Assembly: GCA_038496445.1 (NCBI GenBank)
Contig: JALMLS010000093.1
Span: 124,001 to 188,000 of the forward strand
Source of the DNA: Trichosphaerium sp. ATCC 40318
Taxonomy: Eukaryota; Protista; Tubulinea
Reading direction: 5' to 3'
DNA length: 64,000 bases
Within the stretch, counting starts at the first letter, position 1. Every line of letters begins with the position of its first letter. This document shows positions 50,370-61,127 of the stretch, one piece after another. The position numbers were made by a program, and so were the translations under genes. The notes under the pieces were generated by a model. It saw nothing but the letters and a program-made list of their open reading frames with translations, did no database searches and was not told where the DNA came from.

Positions 50370-50519
50370 GCGTTGTTGAGCGCGTGTAAGAAACAACAAG
50401 AGGTTATTAGCAACACATTAAATCATTCTTTTTTTTTATTACAGTCACGTTTTCTTTAGTACATTATTCATTAATATTTATCATCATCATCCATCATCAG
50501 AAAAAAAAAAATTGTTAGT

Positions 50520-52065
50520 TTACAGCGCAAATAGAGACGTCACATCTTCGTCACTGTCCAGTAGTTGGTACATTGACAACGGTGTCTCGTTCATTTGCAA
50601 ATAGGAGTCATCATACGCATCAGAGATATAGTCCAGCAGTATTTCATTGCAGTGCAAGGTCCCTTGTGTAACAGCAGAGTCTTCACTCACTGGTTCTGCA
50701 GTTGGTTCTGTCGGTTCGACACTCTGAATGGGCGACGTTGCAAGTGGAAGTATGGCTGGGGTCGCAGAAACTGCTTCAGCGACATCGCATGCCTGCGTTT
50801 CTTCAATGGGCGCTAGTGCTTCGAGATCGTCTGCCCCTGAGGTATCAGAATACAACGCAGCGCTAACACAACGTGTCAGTTTCGTAGTTAAAACATGGCG
50901 AGAGAGCCGCTTGCCTCAAATTTGTTTCGCTGCAGCCAAATGGTTGGGTGTCGGGCAAGTCATTACTAAATTCTGGCAGCGGCAGCATGGAGCTAACATA
51001 AGACGTGGGCCTGAATGAGGGAGTGAGTGGAGTTGATTTAATCTGGTTGTTAGAAGAATGACGTGCCTTAGTCCACAAAAGCCAAGAGTGTAGGATGTGG
51101 CGTTCGCAGGCCTCTTTGTGATGACAGGCACTTCGTTAATGCCAAAAAATGTGCCTTGTAGCGGTGAGATTACGACGTGTGGTGCGATCATTGTGCGTAC
51201 GGCTAGATGTAGGAATTGACGATGCGTACTGCACGCTCGCTTGTTCTTCTCGTTTTTTCCTACGCTGCAAGCTAGCCCATCTGTTTTTTACCATGCCTGG
51301 TGGCCTGCAGAAAAAGTGAGTTGAAAAAGGTGGTTACTGGGTTTTTGAATATTCAAATTCAGGACCGCCTCAAGCGCCAAAAACGCAAATTCCAATAAAT
51401 GGAAACGAAAAAAACATTTGTGTAGTACCGCCCAGGTAAATGTTTGCTTATATCCGCCCATTTGTTCCCCGATTCTTGTTGTTGTTTTACTATTATTTTG
51501 TCCTCTTCAGGACTCCACTCATCGCGATTTATAGTTGGATCCAAGTGATTGAGCCATCTAAAAAACTATTTGAGCGTGTTAAGAACGCATTGGGTTGTAC
51601 CGTTCGCGACATTGTTTTCCAGAACGCCCAGCTACTCTTAGCGATATCCTGGACCACTCACGAGCCCCTAAACTGGCAACTGTTTTCGAGAGAATGTCAT
51701 CTTCCTGTCAAATAGGTAAATACACATCGTGTATATTGCGTACAGCTTTTGTCCAACGGCCTGTAATTGATCGTTTACGTTTTTTAGATAATCTGACTGG
51801 AGGAACGCCAACATCGTCTGTAAGCTTTGAACGGGCCTCAAATTCAAGCTATTTAATGATCAATGGGTGCACGACTGCTAGAGCATACAAATTGAAAGCT
51901 GTACTGCTTCCAACCTGCGTTTGAAACTACAACGAAAAATAATGCAGTGGCTTGTACCTTTGGCGAATTGGCGTTACGTAGTTTTTGTTTTGTTGTTTGA
52001 TCGGTTCTGTCGCTTCCTCTGTTTGATATGTCACCTAATGCTCGACGTTCAAAATTGTGGTTCAT
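50520..52065 (-). CDS. R2R3-type Myb transcription factor
   Basis: GRWTK(A)EDDIL...WSRI...GRSGKQCRERWLNHLDPTINRDEWSPEEDKII...GNKWADISKHLPGR...VKNRW. Confidence 0.9.
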
Positions 52066-52296
52066 TCGGCTGTTGTAATGTGTAGGTGTACTAGCCGTTA
52101 AAACCGGTTTGTTTTACTTTCAAAATTCAAAAAGTTTAAGCCAACCCCTTCTTAACCATTTTTACAAAAAACCGTTCGTGGGCACTGTCACAACATTACA
52201 TTGCGAGAGGTTCCGAGGCTACGGAGTATAAGCGCAATTCGCAAATTTGCGGTGTAAAATCGTGTTAATTTGGATTGAAGTGGTCTAAACGACATC

Positions 52297-55200
52297 ATGT
52301 CGGTCCGTTAAGATTGCTGAGAGGCTTATTGGAATTTATAATCATAATATTTCATAGAAAGAAGCACTGGTGGCGTTATTGGACGTGGGCTTGTCAATTA
52401 CACGCGGGAAAAAAGATTCAAAAAACCTAGAAAAGGCTATACACGTTATCAAGCTTCTCGTGCAGGGAAAAGTACGTCCAATGTTTTCCAGTCAACTATT
52501 GACCAACGTGACAGTTGTGGAAAAAAGCCAAGGATGAGATAGGGTTTGTACTCTTTGGTACAAATGGTACGCGCTTCTAGAATTAAGCTGTGCAACCAAC
52601 TAAAACAAAACAGAAACATTTAATGATCTGTGCGATGATGGATACAAACATGTTTTTGTAAAGCGTGACATCTCGCCACCAGACCTCGATCTCATACGAG
52701 AAATAAACAATGTGGTGCCTGGAGACAAGGGCGGCGACTGTACGTCCACTGCTTTTGTTCTTTAGCTTACACCCTGCTCACTTGTTCAGTCATTGATGCG
52801 CTCATCGTTGGCATGGATCTTCTCATGAAAAAGACGCAAAACACTAGAACGTACCAAAAGCGAATGTTCCTTGTTACGGACGCTGGTTCTCCAGTCAACA
52901 AAGAAGGCCTTGAAACAGTATTACAGCAATGCAATCGCATTCAATGTAGTTTGAACGTCATGTACTTTGTTTTCTCGGTCTCTTGAGTCAATGCTACCCT
53001 ACAGCTAACCATACTTGTTTCTTCAATAGAGGTGTCGATTTTGCGGATGAAGATGGCAATCATGCGAACCCTGTGTCAGACATTAAAAGAAAGAACGAGA
53101 AGCTATTGAACGCCATGTGCGAACAGGTGAACGGCGTTGTCCTCACCACCGATCAAGTATGCTCTTACTCACCAATCCCTCTGCCTCGCTTTTGTAAGTC
53201 TGTTGCTAGGCACTCTCAATGATGTCATTCATTCAACCAAAACAAGTTGCGCAGCGAACAGGCTTCAGGTAGGACTTGTAGATTTTACGTTCTGGAAAAA
53301 GATAACCCCACACACATTCCATTGTCAACGCTGAATTCCTTTGTAGAGGCATGCTAGAAGTGAGTCCCATTATACGGATACCATTGTGGAGCTATTCAAA
53401 GACGTATCCTGCAAAATTCCCATCAATGACCAAAGTCTCTAAACTTGCCCAGCAACGTACGTGGATCGTCACATCACATGCGGTTTTTTTTTTTATTTGT
53501 GAGCGCTAAACGACTGCCAGTGGACGAACCTGGACGTTGTGAGGTGGACCTACAACGGACATACCACAGTCTTCAAGATCCCGATGAAGAAGTACCACGT
53601 GATGAATGTATCAAGGCATATCGTTATGGCAAATCTCTGGTACCATTTTCAAAAGATGACGAATCTCTATTGGCGTACAAGTGCGATCCATGCTTGCAGG
53701 TACATCGCCATCACGCAAAATATGAAGAGACTCACCAATGTCGTGTTTTTGTCAGGTGATAGGATTTTGTGGCAAGGACGAGGTGCCCAGACATCACTTT
53801 ATGGATACTATAGAACTCATGGTGCCGCTACCTGAAGATGACAGCGCTGCGATAGTACCCAGCATAAACTCCATATTTGCAGTTTAATTGACTGTGTTGT
53901 AGGCAATGTCGGCTTTTGCGCACGCTCTCGCCGAAACGGATTCAGTCGCTATTGTCCGTTACGTAAAGAGAAAAGGATCTTCGCCTAAATTGGGTGCTTT
54001 ATTTCCACATATCAAGGCAGACTACGAGGTACGTCATGCGCTAATCATGAATCAGTGGCTTTTTTTTATTTCCAAACACGTGATTGGCAAATAGGGCTTT
54101 TATTTCGCGCATCTGCCGTTCGCAGAGGATTTGAGATCGTATCCATTCAAGAGTCTTGGTCAGGATGCTATACGCAAGGCTGATCGACCCACGCCCGACC
54201 AACTACAAGTTGCAGAGGACTTGATCAACGCTATGGACCTTACAACGGCTGCTATAGACGAGGATGGGTAATGCCCAGTTGACTTACATAGCCCTTACGC
54301 AATCACAATTATTAATTTTAGTAACTAGGGACGAAACTGAAGCGCTCAAACCCAAGTCCTGTTACAATCCACTTATACAATACTTTTTTCAATGCGTGCA
54401 AACACGGTCCTTGAACCCAACAGCAGCAATCCCCAAGATGAAAGAGTATATTAGACATTGTGTCGATGCCGATCCCGCCTTTGTTGCTAAAGCGAATGAC
54501 CAAATTGACGCCTTCTCGACATCGTTCGATCTCATTAAAACAGGTCCCAATCCTTTAATGTGTTGGAATGCGTTGAATTAAATGTTTATTTTGTTTAGAC
54601 CTGGCGAACAGGCAGGATGCCAACAAGAGAAAATTCTGGGTAAGCTATCACATTATCTGTGTTGCTAATTTCCACTAACTGGCTTTGTGTTAGTCAAGTG
54701 TCTTTGATGGTCCAAATGATTTGAATCTTGACAGTTATTTACCAGATCAAAAGAAACAGAAGTTAGACACAGCCGCTACAACTTTTCAAGTACACCTCAC
54801 CTCTATCATGTCTTTTTTTTTTATTATTCAAATTGGTGTGCTAACACGGGTTTGCGCTACAGGCGTTGTTGACAAAACAAGTATCCAAAGTTGGGTCAAC
54901 AAATCCTACTCAAGACTTCTTGGCTATGATAAAGCGTAGAGATGAGGATCTTGTTGCGGATGGTACACGCCTATATTGTGATGAATCTGTGTTTTGTAAT
55001 AATATGTTTCTTTTTGTTAGCTATTACCCAAATGCAAAGTTGCATCACCAAACTCGTCCTTGAGTCTGTACGCGATACATTCTACCCCAAAGCTCTGGAT
55101 TGTGTTACTGCACTACGATTGGGTTGTATACAAGTACGCTTCAATGAGCACGTGTCTATGTTATTACCGTTTGCCTTTAGGAAGATGAGACTGAGAAATT

Positions 55201-55528
55201 TAATGCATTCATGCACAATTTACGTAAATTATTCAAAGGCAAGAAACGAGATGACTTTTGGCAGCTCCTCAAAACCAAAAAAATATCGTTGATCACTTCC
55301 GCTGAAAATGAGGACAGCGATGTTTCATTAAATCAAGCCCAGCAGGTACTTAGGCTTTCATATAATGTAAAGAAAGGCATGATTAATAATGTGTTGTAGT
55401 TCTTGCTCTCGGCTGCTGCAGACGATGGTGATGTCATAGATCAACCAATGCCTGACATCATGGAAGACGAAGACATAGACTTAGAAGCTGAAGAGAGTGC
55501 CGACAAATTATTTGATCTATTGGAGTGA
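52297..55528 (+). CDS. XRCC5: Ku80 (XRCC5), non-homologous end-joining DNA end-binding subunit
   Basis: vWA: EALVALLDVG, DEIGFVLFGT, DALIVGMDLL, TDAGSP. Core: KAYRYGKSLVPFS, AIVRYV...PKLGALFP, LPFAEDLRSYPF. C-terminal domain: VGSTNPTQDF, YPKALDCVTALR, ISLIT..E..DSDVS. Confidence 0.95.
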
Positions 55529-55652
55529 GGATAGAACAAACAAGTGTAAAGAATTAATTAATTGAAAAAATAAATAACAATAGATAAAAATAACTTTATC
55601 CCTAACTTGACTGCATTTTCTTTCGTCAACTACCATCCTACTTGCTAACTCA

Positions 55653-56971
55653 CTAGCTTTCTCGTTGGTTTTGTTGTTGTGCTAAGTGCAAATCCAGTCT
55701 TTCTACAAAGGAATGCAATTTGGTCATTTCTCCCTTGCTAAGCTTGGAGCGTGTTGTTTCTGGGTGAATTGGGAGAAAAGGCAAATCTGGGGCTAGCTTG
55801 GATGCCAGTGTTTGCAAGCAGCTGAAAGTTATGTGAGACATGTATGCGTGGCTACCATAAAGTTCCTTGAACAGCATGTAACCATCTTTTTCTGAGCCTG
55901 GAGTCTGGGCATAGTGCTCTATGAGCATATTGTACGTGTGCAAGCTGGGCTTTATACCATGCTGCTGTTGCTGTTGAAAGATGGAAAGAGCTGTCGCAAC
56001 ATTTCCCTCTTTTAGATAGTTCCGGATGAGCACGTGATACGTGATGTTATTTGGTATACAATTGACATTTACCATTTCTTCAATGAGGTTGAGCCCTTCG
56101 TCCGCTGGTATGTTTGTAATGTAGGCGGTGTAGGTCACTGTGCTAATTGGACTGCTTTTGCATTGCTTAGCTAGTTTGAAGGTTTCATGCATGGCATCGT
56201 AATCTTTAGTTCTGGCGAACATGTTTATGAGTGTTACGAAAGTAACTTGATCTGCTTCCAACTGTAATTCTTTCATTTCTCGAAAGCACTCTCCGGCGTC
56301 TTTGAGTCTGTCGTGTACGAGGCACACTTTCATGAGTGTATTGTATGTTGACGTTGTTGGCACGTAACCATCATCTCTCATCTCTTGCAGTGTTTTTTGT
56401 GCTGATTCTGGCGTAGGAGCTGTCCTCATAACAGCGTTATACACCATGGTATCCATTGGCATTTTCTCTTTTTTTAGGCTTGCAAATTCCTGCTCGACAT
56501 ACGCGTGATCTCGTACTTTTGGTGCCATAAACGAGAAGGAGCGCACAACTCTGTGCGGGTCTATTGATTGATAATCATTTTTGATAGCTCGGTACTTGGC
56601 TTTTAACTTTTCTTTTATTTGGTGTCAAAGTGGTGTCATCAATAAAGTCTAAAACCGTTTTATGGGGTTAGGCGTACCAGATTCACCGCCAGACTTGAGT
56701 CCTCTGTCTCGTTTTGGTGGCGTGTTTTGTTGGGTTCTATCTGACGTGTTAACGCCCAATTCCATGCGTATAAGTGCCATTGTACGTACTGCCAAAAGTC
56801 TTTATCACCAAATCTGCTTACCAGCTTGAAAACGTCGCTAGAACAGGTACGCATTCGCGTTGTAGGTGTAACGGTCCCCTTTAAAACACTCAATGACGTT
56901 TTTGTCTCAGTATTACGTACAACTCTATTATTTACGCGTAACGCATAAACCATTGGCACCCTGTTGAACAT
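55653..56971 (-). CDS. Pentatricopeptide-repeat (PPR) protein, probably mitochondrial
   Basis: 35-aa repeats (PTTSTYNTLMKVC...MKELQLEADQVTFVTLINMF..., PNNITYHVLI..., PSLHTYNMLI) and an Arg-rich, acid-poor N-terminus (MFNRVPMVYALRVNNRVVRN). Confidence 0.9.
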
Positions 56972-57107
56972 TGCGAGTTTTGTAAAATTTTGCCACTTAA
57001 TCTATTTTAACTCACGCTTAGGTCACTGTAAATGATGCAAAGTGACACAAGTGATGCAATTGGGGGGTTTGGGCGGTAGCACACGGATTTAGGCTCATAT
57101 CAACAAA

Positions 57108-59586
57108 ATGAAAAAAATTAACCCTGTAATATACGGGCCATGGCGCTCTACTCTTCACCAACGCAAAACCCTCGATAAAATTGCAAGTGCGAGAGGTATT
57201 AAAGTATTGAGTGACTGGTACAAGATACCTCGCGGGTCCATACCAGGAGCTGGGTTGGTGTTGATTCAGTGCGCGATAGTTTGACACTCTCACTGTAGTT
57301 ATAACTAGTAACTCTGTATTACAGGTACACATCAATGGAAGACGCCTTACGCGCACTGTATCCGAAATACAATTGGCACAGCTGGCGGTACGTTAACGTT
57401 CTTGGTTTTCAAATTTTGAGAAACATCGCAAAGAAGCACAAGTCTGTTTTTTGACCTGTCTGGTGTTCCAGGTGGGCACGCAAAACAAAAAATGTTCGCA
57501 GTGACGACTTGAGATACCGCAGAGAAGTTTTCGAGACCGTGGCGGAACGGCTAGGCGTCAAAGATCTAGATGGGTGGCTGACCGTCCCTAAACAGGCTCT
57601 GTATGAGAATGGAGCGCGATTCATTGTGGATGGGTTAGTATGCTATCCGTGGATCAGTCACGTTGACATTTGTGTGATTTTCGCTAATGTAATACATGCA
57701 GCTACAACAGAAGCAAACTGCGAACGTTGGAAGCATTGTATCCTCAGCGGAGATGGTACCTGCTACTCGAAGCGCCAAGGCACAAACCACTATTTGACCG
57801 AGTCGCTGAGCGCCTGGGCATTAAGGACTTTACTGGCTGGTTTGATGTCAGTCACAAGCAAGTGTACCAAGCTGGCGCAGCAGGGATTCTCAACAAGTTT
57901 AAGGAAACTCTAGAAGAAGTACTACGGGCAGTCTTTCCAGAGGCAAGCATGTTCGCAGCACGGTACCCGCTATAGTTACAAATGACGTGGTAGCTTACCG
58001 CCTGTAAAAGATGGAAACTACGAGCAGCAGTGCTGGATGGTAGCACAGCATTGGAAACTCTGAACAGTGCTGCTGCTGTGGTTGGTATTAAGACCATGGA
58101 TGATTGGTATGGCTTTACATGGTCCAAGTTGAGTGATTGTGAAGGCATCTCATACATCAAGAGGCATGTCTCGTTTTGTATTTGGTAAACAACAACTTTC
58201 TTTTCTGAGTTCTTGTTTCTTGCAGGCACAATAAAATGCCACTGGCCTTTCTAGTGGAAAGTGTGTATCCAGATTACAAATGGGATCACTCTAAGTTTAA
58301 GTACGTCCCCACTCGGGGGTTGCACCAACTCCATATACTTTTTACGGTGGATTAAAGGGCTTTTCAAGGTTTGTGCCTAGACAAGTAGTCACAGAAAGAG
58401 ATGTTGAGTTTAATAAGCTGAATGTGATCGCTCAAAGACTGCGCATCAAGCATCTTGATCAATGGTATCACTTTACGAAGCGATCGTGGCATTGGGCAGA
58501 TCATGGGATACTGACAGTGTTTAAAGGTTCTTACGCAGAAACGCTCATGCGTGCTTTTCCAGAACACGACTGGAAGCCTTGGAAGTTTGTGTACGTTTAG
58601 AAACAAACTAAAATGTTTTTTATGTCACGTGATTGACGTGTGTAGTACGCTACCGGTCGGATTCTGGAGTTCGAAAGAGAACCAATTGGCTTTTCTTCAG
58701 TCTGCACAGAAACAACTCGGTTTTAACAACACAAACGCATGGTACGTTGCTGTATGTTATTGTGTATTTATCTTAGTTGGGTCGAAGGTATCGCGTTTCA
58801 ACAGATCAACTTTTGAACTTGGGCGGACAAGTACAAGATCCATAATACAATTTTTTAATCTCTATCATAACACGCAAACTGCCTAGGGCATCATGCGGCA
58901 CTATCCACAAGCGCTACAACTTCTTGATAACAACTTTGCGTGGGATTGGTACAAGTTTCCATTGCTTACCAAACGAGCCAAGCAGCGTGTTCTTCTTCAA
59001 AAAACTAGACAGCTACTGCCAAACTACATCATTGAAGAAGAGCACTTCCTTGGCATTCGGCAATCCACGGGTATGGTTTTGTCTATTGATGTATTTGTCG
59101 CGGAATTGTCAATTGGGATAGAATATCAAGGTACCCCTCCCCTTTAAGGCTCACAATGCCATTCAGTATGAAACTCTTTAATAACAAACTAACAACTAAT
59201 TGAAGGAGAACATCACTTTAATGATGTGTACAAACACGCCATGCCTCTAGGCATTTATGAAGCACGTGACGCTTTAAAGCTGCAACAGTGCAGAGACAAC
59301 GGTTAGTTCATCTTTGTTTATGCTATCGCTCTTGTCGTTGTTTAGGTCCACTAATACTAAACGCGTAGGCATCACCCTTGTTCCAATTCCGTACTGGTGG
59401 GATACGACAATTGAAGCGCTTGCTGCAACAATCAAGTACCACAGACCTGATGTACAATTCCCGAAAGGCATCGATTCACTTGTACCACCACTACTATTGC
59501 AACACGCATCTGTGCCACAACAACATAATGTCCCTGGATTGATGTCACCTGGGGATGCTCATAAACGTAGTGGGCTTGTAAAATAA
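57108..59586 (+). CDS. DWY-repeat protein C: six ~75-aa modules plus a C-terminal Vsr/DUF559/RAP-like PD-(D/E)XK nuclease domain
   Basis: Units include IASARGIKVLSDWYK, VAERLGVKDLDGWL, VGIKTMDDWYG, LRIKHLDQWYH and FWSSKENQLAFL. C-terminus: KRAKQRVL...IEEEH...SIDVFVAELSIGIEYQGEHHF...RDALKLQQCRDNGITLVPIPYWWD. Confidence 0.85.
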
Positions 59587-59637
59587 ATTGATAACAGTAC
59601 AGTAAAAAAAAGGAAACGAGAAGAGACCATCGGCATC

Positions 59638-60967
59638 TCAGCAGGTTGTAATTGTGAGGGGAGATTGTTCCATCTCCTTTCCTTCCACTAGCACGCGCAC
59701 TTTAAATTGCGTTTTTGGCCTGTTGAAGAGCATAGTTGCGATGTATGTACCGTCGCCATTGTCTGCGAGCACTGCGTCAGAGAATGTATGTTCAGGACCT
59801 GTTACTTCCACCTAGCCAAACCAGTAAGTAGGATAGCGTGCAAACGTGCACGAAAAACGTGCAGATATGTTGGCGCCTCCATTCTTCAATGCTTGCTCGT
59901 TAGAGTCACCTGTTTGAATAACCTACCAATTACATAAGCCGGTACAGACTCGCTGGTAAATATGTTACCATCTTGTATGGGGAGCCTGCAATAGCTTGGC
60001 TATCGGCTATAACAAACTTGCTGTGATGACCAACAGCGCCTACATGGGAAATTACCATGCTATAGAACAAAGACAAGCGCACCAGACTGTATGTCTACAA
60101 CATACTTCTTTTGCAATACTGACCTATTATTCAGTAGAAGGTCAATACTGTACTTTCCTATCTGACCAACACTGTAGGTCGCTGTAAAAAAGTGTCCTTC
60201 GCCATCAATCTACAAGAATCTTAGCAATGACTACAGTATCAATAAGTGACACACCTTGGTTGATAGCGGCGCCGGTCCTTCGAGCGTCATAGTGATGCTC
60301 TTTGTATCAATCTTTGCGTTTGCGCCGTACTTGTCAATGTTAACAGCTGTAATTGAGAACCTGAACAGGAAAACTTAAGCACGGCATAGACCTAGCAACA
60401 CGTACCTCTGCAGCTTACCCACTTGACCACCTTTTAAACCAGGACCAAGCACTCTAAACTTGATATGCTCATCGGGTACTACAGGATCAGCGGTATTAGC
60501 AAGTGCCACAAACGCAAACTGTTGTACCATCATCTTTGCCTCCACCATACTTCTCATCGGCTTGCATGACTTCCGAAAAGAGCAAGTCATTGTCATGTTT
60601 TACTGAAATGTTGTACGCTCCTTGGCGCTAGTCCCAAAAAGCTCAGCTACTGTTTAAATATGACAACATTACCTTAGGTGTTATTTGAAAGGCGTATTTG
60701 CCACCTCCTTCGCCTCGCAAGCGTGGTCTACGCCCGATAAGCCGTTTTGTCAATGACGTTTCCGCACCGTGTAATGCCTAGAGGCGCTCGCACCTCAACT
60801 GACAGCGAACTAGTATCTATGTCTTTTGGATTTCCAAAGCTATCTGTTACATGTATGACAAAGGTGTTTTCGTGTCCAATGCCACTTTCCTTCTGCCCTT
60901 GCAACTTAAATTCTAACGAAACGGCCTAAATCGCATTAACAGTGACTGCCTCACAATGCCAAACCAT
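59638..60967 (-). CDS. Filamin/ABP280 Ig-like repeat protein (about 3 repeats, no actin-binding domain seen)
   Basis: GHENTFVIHVTDSFGNP, VLGPGLKGGQVGK..FSI, VEVTGP...DNGDGTYIATM...MEQSPLTI. Confidence 0.75.
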
Positions 60968-61127
60968 TGTTAAGTGTGTTTAGAGCACAGAGATGAATTT
61001 TATTTGCTGCTGAGTATTTTTATTTTACAAACAAAGTCATTTTTTACACATTTCACCTTACAAAGTCAACCTCTTTCCCATTTTACACTACCAATACGCT
61101 TATACTGAGCTGTCAATTACATTACGT

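Noticed and set aside
56600-56680. Apparent in-frame TGA in the PPR gene suggesting readthrough or recoding
   Set aside because: An alternative pair of short introns gives an open frame (...WQTQQNTPPKRDRGLKSGGESEKLKAKYR...), so no recoding is needed.
20993-59586. DWY-nuclease genes as homing endonucleases or mobile elements
   Set aside because: I found no TIRs, TSDs or host intron/intein context. The genes are intron-rich, CpG-normal and embedded among housekeeping genes, so they look domesticated.
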